A DNA stretch of 23,018 nt, taken from assembly GCA_037447435.1 (NCBI GenBank), contig JBBIGR010000059.1, positions 1 to 23,018 on the forward strand. The letters run 5' to 3'. This document shows positions 16,444-23,018 of this stretch, one piece after another. The number at the start of each line of letters is the position of its first letter. Position 1 is the stretch's first letter. Under the pieces are notes generated by a model. The model made no database searches. It saw only the letters and a program-made list of their open reading frames with translations, and was not told the DNA's origin. A program made the translations under genes and the position numbers. The DNA is from Fibrobacteria bacterium. Lineage in GTDB: Bacteria > Fibrobacterota > Chitinivibrionia > Chitinivibrionales > FEN-1185.

Positions 16444-17448
16444 CTATTCTGCATTGTGCAATATACGCTTAATACAAATTAATCCTTTTGGTCCAACGAT
16501 CCGTTCGAAAACAAGCTCATTACTTTTTCGAAGTTCCACGGCCTGTAATTTTTGACCGCGAAGATTGTAATATTCACTGGTATATTTAATTTTATTCGGT
16601 TCGGCAATCGTAGACGACTTTCTAAAAACGCCATTAAGGTTTTTTGTATTGGGAGGTGTAAAAAGATTTGTGGTGATACTAATATCCGAGCCGGTGACAT
16701 GGCGTTCCGCATAAAATAAATCGAATTTATATTTTTGCCCAACAATCAAGCCCTGTAAGTTATCGAGATTTACCAAAGCCGACAATGGACCATGAAATCC
16801 CCCAAGGTCTATAACCATCGTGCCATTAACGAAAATCCAAATATCATCGTCGCCTTGAATTTGAAAAATTAGACCTGCTTGATAAGTAAATTCTCTATGA
16901 ATTTGCATGGTAAAACTATAATTATGCGGAGAGGATATTCCGGAAGGTTCATTTCCAAACCCTTTTCCATCGAGTCTGAAAAAGGAGGAATTATTGAACT
17001 GATATACGCCAGCAGTACCAGAAACTAAAGAAAATGGAAGAGAGTCTTGGATAGTTATATTCTTATATGCAGTATCAGTTTTTGTTATAGTATCTCGTAA
17101 ATACGTACCGTCCGTTGAATAAATAGGAATTGACAGATCTCCCGGTTGCCAGGGGATAAACCATTTTCCAACCCGTTGACTAAAATGTGGAGAGGAACCT
17201 GAAATAGGTTTTCCTTGAATATCAAGGGTAGATTGAACTTCATTTACATATAATCCATCAAGGTTTTTAAGGCAATTTAATGTTCCGCAAGTAGATAAAC
17301 CAGGTTCAAAATCCGGATTGCTTCCGTCCGCATGAAAATCGTAAAAGGTAACAGGGATTTGTAGAATTGTTTGAGCTGGAGTTTGAAATTGAAAAGCCAA
17401 AACCAGTATTATTGCAAAACAGTATTTTGAGGCGTTATTATTGGTCAT
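16444..17448 (-). CDS. Secreted fibro-slime (PA14-related) domain protein with C-terminal sorting-like tail
   Basis: FYDFHADGSNPDFE, HNYSFTM, FQIQGDDDIWIFVNG, IDLGGFH and FDLFYAERHVTGS, with tail YYNLRGQKL. ATG 17448 follows GAGG. Confidence 0.9.
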   Translation of the reverse strand: MTNNNASKYCFAIILVLAFQFQTPAQTILQIPVTFYDFHADGSNPDFEPGLSTCGTLNCLKNLDGLYVNEVQSTLDIQGKPISGSSPHFSQRVGKWFIPWQPGDLSIPIYSTDGTYLRDTITKTDTAYKNITIQDSLPFSLVSGTAGVYQFNNSSFFRLDGKGFGNEPSGISSPHNYSFTMQIHREFTYQAGLIFQIQGDDDIWIFVNGTMVIDLGGFHGPLSALVNLDNLQGLIVGQKYKFDLFYAERHVTGSDISITTNLFTPPNTKNLNGVFRKSSTIAEPNKIKYTSEYYNLRGQKLQAVELRKSNELVFERIVGPKGLICIKRILHNAE

Positions 17449-17699
17449 TGATAGTATCCTCTTCGGTGTAAAGATCATTCGATCCTGTCATATATTTCTG
17501 GAGATATTGTAAAGGATTCATCGAGCCTAATTGGTAAAGAAGAAGCATTGCCTTTTTATTATTTATTGCTTATATATGATAAAATAAACTCCATCCAAAA
17601 GAAAGCATATTTTATTGTACAAAATCTACAGTCCCAATTTTTAGATGCAATTTAGTTTTAATTCTATTTTCTTTCTCCAAATAATAATTTTCTACTATC

Positions 17700-17995
17700 A
17701 TGCCTAAAACGGAATCCAATATCTACTATCCGGGTCCGGATTTCCTCACCGGAATCATCGGCCGCACGTTATACGCAGCCTGGCTTTATAAGAAAGCGCG
17801 AAACGCTTACCGCCGGGACTTGGCGGCAAAAAAGCCTTTTGCGATAAACGGATCTTGCGCTTTGTATCAAAAACTGATTCACGAAGCCGTCATTGCGGGG
17901 CAGGGTAAAGGTCCGTTCTCCGGGGAAACGCTCGATTGGAACCTAATCATTTTATGGGACACGGGAAAAATCAAAAACAATTTCGAATTGCAGTG
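17700..17995 (+). pseudogene. Probable 3'-truncated hypothetical gene, resembling the N-terminal part of an HNH-like family
   Basis: PDFLTG..Y..WLYKKA..RRD..KKPFA..Y.KLIHEAV...PFSGETLDWNLI..WD resembles (from recall) a family that continues with PTVDH...N..K. Here the frame instead runs into the antisense of HTH2 (CYFFFFNF) and stops at 18086. Confidence 0.5.
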
Positions 17996-18301
17996 CTACT
18001 TTTTTTTCTTCAACTTTGTTCCATACTTTACAGAAGGTTTTTCCGCCACTTTGAGCGTTGATGCGGCATCGGCCGGGGACATATAGGCCGTATTGGGATC
18101 ATTGCGAAACGGCCTGCCCGCCTTAAGCGGCTTATAGGACTCGACTTCCATCCTGTTTAAAAATTCCCGCCCGCCAATCGATACCGGGTTGAACCTGCCT
18201 TTAGCCACAAGCTTGGTTATCGATTGGCGCGAAACTCCGCGTAGGCGCGCAGCATCGGCAAACGAAATAAGGTCTTCAAGTTTAAAAAGAGAGAGCGGCA
18301 T
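17996..18301 (-). CDS. Excisionase-like (HTH_17/MerR-like) DNA-binding protein HTH2
   Basis: LISFADAARLRGVSRQSITKLVAKGRF...IGGREFLNRMEV..YKP...GRP. Paralogue of 11415-11621. Confidence 0.85.
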   Translation of the reverse strand: MPLSLFKLEDLISFADAARLRGVSRQSITKLVAKGRFNPVSIGGREFLNRMEVESYKPLKAGRPFRNDPNTAYMSPADAASTLKVAEKPSVKYGTKLKKKK

Positions 18302-18311
18302 AATTAATAGG

Positions 18312-18346
18312 TTGACATTGTTACCGTATTAGTGTATATTATACAC
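18312..18346 (+). promoter_or_regulatory. Sigma-70 promoter towards X2 overlapped by a palindromic operator candidate
   Basis: TTGACA (18312-18317)-17 nt-TATATT (18335-18340). The palindrome GTGTATA-T-TATACAC (18332-18346) also gives TATAAT on the minus strand (18338-18343). Confidence 0.7.
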
Positions 18347-18453
18347 ATGTCGTTTAAAACCGAATCCTTTGTAACTGTAATTCAATCTGCGCATCCCGCG
18401 TAGATATTCTCTCTATAGTTACTATTCATCCTTTGTAGGAAAGGATTACCCGT

Positions 18454-18786
18454 ATGTTTGAAAATAATAAAAAAACTCAAATGACCACGCAAAGAGGTGC
18501 ATTTATCTTTGATTTCCTGGTCGAGCATGAAAATTATATCAAAGCCCTGTTGGCCGAAGCCGTTCACCCGGACATGATACGCGTCGACGTCTATATCGCA
18601 AATGCCACGCAAGGCACTCCAAAAATTATTGTAGAAACTATGGAGCCAAGCGGCGGCGAAAAGCTTCTTGTTCATTCCATTCAAAGGCCGTTCCCGTATA
18701 TGCCGCAGGCAATAGCCCGCGAAATAGAAAACGTGACATTCTATCACATGGTCAGTATGTTGGTAAATCAAGTCGACATAATTTGA
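18454..18786 (+). CDS. Hypothetical protein X2 (110 aa), paralogue of 10855-11205
   Basis: AAAGGA RBS 8 nt before the ATG. About 35% identical to X1, with shared NNKKTQ, IFxF, PD, NA, PS, RP, IE, MV and NQ. Confidence 0.85.
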   Translation: MFENNKKTQMTTQRGAFIFDFLVEHENYIKALLAEAVHPDMIRVDVYIANATQGTPKIIVETMEPSGGEKLLVHSIQRPFPYMPQAIAREIENVTFYHMVSMLVNQVDII

Positions 18787-20379
18787 TCAAAACGTTCGGT
18801 TCCGTATCATGATCATTTCTTCCGACGTCGAAGTGCCTAGAAGCGTCTTGACATTAAATGAGCCGCTTTGCGTAAGCGAAACGGTTTTCAACACGCGGCC
18901 GCGAATATCATATATATCAACAACGCCGGAATGCAAACGCAGCTTTCGGCTTGCAAGGCTGCAAAAATGCATTGTCGATTGCTTTAAATCGGCCACTTTG
19001 TTTTGGAATGTTGCGACTTCCGTGACCTGACCTTTTTTTAACGCAATAGGGACACTTTTTGGTCCGGGCATGTCTGCCCAGTTTACCGTACTTATTTCAT
19101 AGGTGTAGGTGCCGGTATCCGAAAGATTATTATCCGTATAGGTCATGGCAGGCGCCGTAGACGGGTCGGGTTGATCGCCGTCTTCCCAGCGCTGAAAGCC
19201 TTTGGCCGTCGTAAAAAGCGTTGCCGGGGCATTAGGCCATTGCATGGTTTGCAAGAGAGTTCCGTTTCGGTAAATCATAAAAGTTTTGATGCCCATTTCG
19301 ATGTCTGCATCGGCGTTCCATTTCAGCGTAAGTTGCTTGTTGCCGTACGTTGCCGACAGATTATACGGTTCAGGAGCCAGGGGAGTGGAATCTTTTATAG
19401 TACCGTTTGCCATATATTCGGCCCACAGTTTGGCAAAAGATTGGTTGGGGAACCAACATGCCTTGAGCTTATTGCCTGTAAAGGTAGCTGCAGAAGCAAT
19501 TGCCCTGGTCGCAGTATCGCCAAGCCAAGCATTTGAGGTGTCCATGTCCTTGAGAGTTGCCGAACCCGCTTGGTCAGGAAGACGTGCGGTCAAGGCGATA
19601 TCCATCCAGGGAATCGCTATCATCCGCAGGTCCCATGGCGCGTGCCCATACACTGTAGTGTCCCAACACAGCTTGTTCGGAGGGGCACATGAACCGTTTA
19701 CCCATAACGGATGCGGGTTGATTGCATGGGCCCACAACGCTCCTTTTGCCCGACCGTTTCCAAAATAGGAATCGTTGTAGCACATATCTTTTCTGCCGTT
19801 ATGATGAAGCACGGGAACTTTGAGAGCTGCCGGAATGTTGGAAATATCAATACCGCACGCTTGCGCAATCACAACGGCGATTCTTTCGGGGTACTTGCCG
19901 AGCATCGCGGTCGACCACATTGATCCGCCCGAATGCCCCCACAGCGCCCAGGGGATTGTCGCAATTTCGGTATGCCCCGATCTCTTGGCAAGTGTATCGA
20001 GCGCGGCCAGATACGTGTTGCCCGATCCGTTGTTTATCTGGTCCCAATTGTTGCAATCGGAACCGGTAGTCAAACTCGGCGCGATGAAAGCCGCATGCCA
20101 CTTCTTTGCAAAAGTCAACCATTGCAAATCGCCCATCATTTGCGACGCGTCCCCTTCCCTGGTGCATCCGTGCTGGTGAACAATGATACAGCGCAATGTA
20201 GCCACGGATTCGGGAAGCCAGCAATAGTACGTCGGATTGGCGGTCATGCTCCCCTGTTTGGGAACGGTAAACTGATAGGTTGTTCCTTTTGGACCGGCCC
20301 CGAAAGCCGATACGAAAATACCCGCACAAAAAAATCCCGCTAATACGCAGACGATAAACAGGGAACGTGCTTGTGCCAT
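18787..20379 (-). CDS. Secreted alpha/beta-hydrolase with Fn3-like domain and C-terminal sorting-like tail
   Basis: Signal peptide, IIVHQHGC, nucleophile elbow WGHSGG and candidate Asp (GRKD) and His (YGHA). Fn3-like segment PYNLSA...LKWNA...IYRNG...YTYEISTVN and tail VDIYDIRGRVLK. Confidence 0.85.
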   Translation of the reverse strand: MAQARSLFIVCVLAGFFCAGIFVSAFGAGPKGTTYQFTVPKQGSMTANPTYYCWLPESVATLRCIIVHQHGCTREGDASQMMGDLQWLTFAKKWHAAFIAPSLTTGSDCNNWDQINNGSGNTYLAALDTLAKRSGHTEIATIPWALWGHSGGSMWSTAMLGKYPERIAVVIAQACGIDISNIPAALKVPVLHHNGRKDMCYNDSYFGNGRAKGALWAHAINPHPLWVNGSCAPPNKLCWDTTVYGHAPWDLRMIAIPWMDIALTARLPDQAGSATLKDMDTSNAWLGDTATRAIASAATFTGNKLKACWFPNQSFAKLWAEYMANGTIKDSTPLAPEPYNLSATYGNKQLTLKWNADADIEMGIKTFMIYRNGTLLQTMQWPNAPATLFTTAKGFQRWEDGDQPDPSTAPAMTYTDNNLSDTGTYTYEISTVNWADMPGPKSVPIALKKGQVTEVATFQNKVADLKQSTMHFCSLASRKLRLHSGVVDIYDIRGRVLKTVSLTQSGSFNVKTLLGTSTSEEMIMIRNRTF

Positions 20380-20536
20380 TGTGATTTCCCCTTTTAAAAT
20401 TTTAAAAAAGGTTATTGCTAAGCCTAATGGTTTGTCCTGGATGCGCTAGTTATAATGTAGCGGTTTTAAAAATCCTGATCTTATATAAATACGTACACAA
20501 ATTAACGAAGCTTATATATTTATATATAGATTAAAG

Positions 20537-21967
20537 CTACGGCACCGGATCAAACGCTTTCAGCGAATCCAAAACCCGCCAGGCATCCGAAAGCACGGCA
20601 GTGTCTATTGCGCCGGGAGAATCCACATATCGTGCAAAATAGTCGGTTAGGTCCAGGGAATTGCCAAGTTCGAGCACTGCCTTGAACTCTGACCGTGAAA
20701 ATCCCGTATGATCGTATTGCGTGCATAATGCGCCGGTTTTGCTAAACAGCGTTTGCGAATTGTTTGTGGCCACGCGCAATAGTTTGTCAAGAACCACGCT
20801 CACTTGGTCGCCCTTGTCGTATACGAGTGCCAAACAATTGGTGTTTGTGTCCGCGTCGTACAAATGCTGCCGCACATACGGGTCCGACAGCGCATGCCGC
20901 AAAACGGATGGGTTTGCGGACAAATCGCGCACGAGTTGACCGCGTATAGTCTCTTTTGAAAAGCCGAGCCGCGCGGCGAGATATCGCCCGAAATACGAGG
21001 TCGTCCCTTCTTTCCACCAGGGATCGTTCAGATCGCCGCAGCGTATTCCCACCCACGAATGCATTGCCTCATGCGTCACAAGCCCGCGGATGTATCCGGG
21101 ATAATCGGGTGGTTGCGGCAAAAAAGCGTAAAATGAAAAAGTCCCTTCCATGCCCGAACCGGAGTCCTGAAAAATCACGGTTGCAGGAGCCCGGGGTGCA
21201 GGAAAAAACAAAGAACACCATGAATTGATTTTTGATACATCGTCGCAAACTTTTTGGGTTATGTCGTCTAAAAGCGGATAAACGGACAATGAGGCGACCG
21301 TATTGCCCGAAGGTCCGCATTGCTGCGCCGTATTTGTGATTGCCCATTGCAAAAACAGCAATTCATAAATTGTAAAGCAGGAAAACAAGGAAGCGGGCAG
21401 GCCGTATGCCGGGCCTATGGAACGCGTGTCCCTGGAAATTTCTATGGCTAGCGGGCGCCGCCACCATTTCGCAACATCGCTTTCATAGGCAGGAACGCAA
21501 AAAACATAATTGCCCTGAAAATAGCCGCTGGCTGAGCCTGATTTGCCGGGAAGAACGGTTCTATATCCCAGGCTGCCGTTGGGCGCGTAAGGAAAAGTGA
21601 TGTCGTACTCAACGGAGAAATTGTCTGCTGCGTTAGAAAGCATTATGCCCTGCACCGAATCGCCAAGCCAAATTTCCTTTCGTAACGAATCGGCAATGGT
21701 CGCATTTTTTACCGAAAGAGAATGAATGTTATTACCTAAAAAAGTTATGGAAGGGTTGTCCGCATTAAACGGCGGGAATAAAATGCGCGCGGTACCGGCA
21801 TCGGCAATATTGGAAAAGGTCACCGAAACATGGGTTGTGTCAAAGGTTTTCTGGAAAAAAGAATAATTGGCAGCAGGCGTTTTTTTTAGTATCGGCTTGC
21901 CAATATCGCGGGAGCACGAAAAACAAAATAAAGCCAAACAAATTGAAAGAAATTGTTTGGCTTTCAA
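20537..21967 (-). CDS. Gluzincin metallopeptidase lipoprotein (M1/M61-like)
   Basis: TTG start, lipobox-like LFCFSC, GSGMEG, HEAMH followed by WWKEGTTSY, and VYDKG. Confidence 0.85.
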   Translation of the reverse strand: MKAKQFLSICLALFCFSCSRDIGKPILKKTPAANYSFFQKTFDTTHVSVTFSNIADAGTARILFPPFNADNPSITFLGNNIHSLSVKNATIADSLRKEIWLGDSVQGIMLSNAADNFSVEYDITFPYAPNGSLGYRTVLPGKSGSASGYFQGNYVFCVPAYESDVAKWWRRPLAIEISRDTRSIGPAYGLPASLFSCFTIYELLFLQWAITNTAQQCGPSGNTVASLSVYPLLDDITQKVCDDVSKINSWCSLFFPAPRAPATVIFQDSGSGMEGTFSFYAFLPQPPDYPGYIRGLVTHEAMHSWVGIRCGDLNDPWWKEGTTSYFGRYLAARLGFSKETIRGQLVRDLSANPSVLRHALSDPYVRQHLYDADTNTNCLALVYDKGDQVSVVLDKLLRVATNNSQTLFSKTGALCTQYDHTGFSRSEFKAVLELGNSLDLTDYFARYVDSPGAIDTAVLSDAWRVLDSLKAFDPVP

Positions 21968-21969
21968 AG

Positions 21970-22938
21970 TTAAAAAATCCTGCGATAATAGGTTTTACGC
22001 TGACAGCCGTTTGCGCCCATGGATTCTTTGAATTCGATGAGCGACCATGACGGTTCCATGGGATCGATGCTGAAAGTATCGGCCGAAACCCCGTAATCGA
22101 AATATCGAAAACCTTTTTGATTGCTCCAGCGGATGGAGTGTTCGATGAGGTAGTTGACCGCAAAGAGATTATGAAAATCGTACAAATGCATTGTATAGAA
22201 ATTGAGAACGCATTGCTTGTTGCATGTAAACAAAAGTTCCCCGGCAATGGGTTGGTTTTCATAATAGGCCATAAAAAGAGTCATCATACCGGGAAGCAGT
22301 TTGTCGATTTTTTTTAATTCTTCAAGAGTATGCGTCGGCGAAACGCCGAATTTTTCCTTGTTCTTGAGCAGTATGGGATAAAACTCGTCGTAATGGTCGT
22401 TTTCCTCGATCCTGATTCCTTTGTTGATTGCTTTGTTGATTTTATGGCGCGTGTTTTTCGACAAATCGTCCTTTGAATGGATGATCGAAAAATCGATGAC
22501 CGAAGAGAACAAGCTGGACAAAACGATGAAATGATTGTAATGCATGGCATATTCGACGGATTCGTTGAATGTATTGCTGTAAATCTGCATGGGCGGCGTG
22601 AGATAGGCTTCCTTGATGTGGTTTGCCGCGCAATAGCGTATGAACGATTTGACAACCGCATCGGCATCCTGAAGCCCGATGCGCGGGCCGGTCACAAAAC
22701 CGCCGAAGCTTGCGCCCATGGGGCTTTTGAACATATCGCCCGACAGTCCGCCCGGAAGCAAAGCGATGAGTTCGTCGCCTTTGTAAAACATCAGATTGAG
22801 AAATTTGAATCGTCCCTGCGGGTGATAGTCTAAAAAATCAAGTTTATGGAATATGGTGCCGTTGTTGGACGCGTCAACAAATGAATTCCATGTTTCCCGA
22901 TGTTGCGGGCTGTATTCGACGACAGATATTTCGGGCAT
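21970..22938 (-). CDS. FemAB-like GNAT family acyltransferase
   Basis: WNSFVDASNNGTIFHKLDFLDYH, ASFGG, KNTRHKINKA, PTHTLEEL, FRYFDYGVS and LIEFKESMGA. ATG 22938 follows AGAAGG, although the frame is open further upstream. Confidence 0.88.
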   Translation of the reverse strand: MPEISVVEYSPQHRETWNSFVDASNNGTIFHKLDFLDYHPQGRFKFLNLMFYKGDELIALLPGGLSGDMFKSPMGASFGGFVTGPRIGLQDADAVVKSFIRYCAANHIKEAYLTPPMQIYSNTFNESVEYAMHYNHFIVLSSLFSSVIDFSIIHSKDDLSKNTRHKINKAINKGIRIEENDHYDEFYPILLKNKEKFGVSPTHTLEELKKIDKLLPGMMTLFMAYYENQPIAGELLFTCNKQCVLNFYTMHLYDFHNLFAVNYLIEHSIRWSNQKGFRYFDYGVSADTFSIDPMEPSWSLIEFKESMGANGCQRKTYYRRIF

Positions 22939-23018
22939 ACAAGACCTTCTTTTATTTAATAAATTTGCCGCATCGCGTGATTTAATGGGTAACCCCAATA
23001 TATTGTGTTTTAGTATTT

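Noticed and set aside
11622..17995. Integron cassette array (suggested by OXA and nitroreductase)
   Set aside because: There is no intI, and the spacers lack RYYYAAC...GTTRRRY attC structures. The hairpin at about 16367-16395 is too short.
18382..18771. 129-aa minus-strand ORF
   Set aside because: Antisense shadow of X2, which has an RBS, a promoter and a paralogue.
10855..18786. IS-bounded composite transposon or prophage
   Set aside because: Neither cassette encodes a recognisable DDE, HUH, tyrosine or serine recombinase. There are no terminal inverted repeats, target duplications or phage structural genes.
20392..20530. AT-only palindromes (TTTTAAAATTTTAAAA and TATATA runs)
   Set aside because: Low-complexity sequence in an AT-rich spacer, expected by chance.
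1..23018. tRNA, rRNA or CRISPR array
   Set aside because: I saw no cloverleaf, rRNA-like segment or regularly spaced direct repeats by eye.

Overview
Bacterial chromosomal window, probably from Fibrobacterota (Chitinivibrionales-like). That assignment is inferred from a fibro-slime protein and two secreted proteins with 'Y(N/D)(L/I)RG' C-terminal tails. The left part holds a secreted beta-propeller gene (cut by the edge and missing from the ORF track), rtcB, cutA, a stand-alone receiver, hrpA, a divergent trmB-like gene, an ICMT-family methyltransferase, an AlkZ-family glycosylase and DUF445. The right part holds a secreted alpha/beta-hydrolase, a gluzincin lipoprotein and a FemAB-like GNAT. 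The most unusual feature is a ~0.8 kb divergent two-gene cassette present twice in inverted orientation (10855-11621 and 17996-18786). Each copy pairs an excisionase-like HTH gene with an unknown ~110-aa gene ('X'). Both copies share promoter geometry and a structured X leader that hides the ribosome-binding site. Together they frame 6.4 kb of accessory genes, including a divergent class D beta-lactamase. I saw no integrase, transposase, tRNA, rRNA or CRISPR array.
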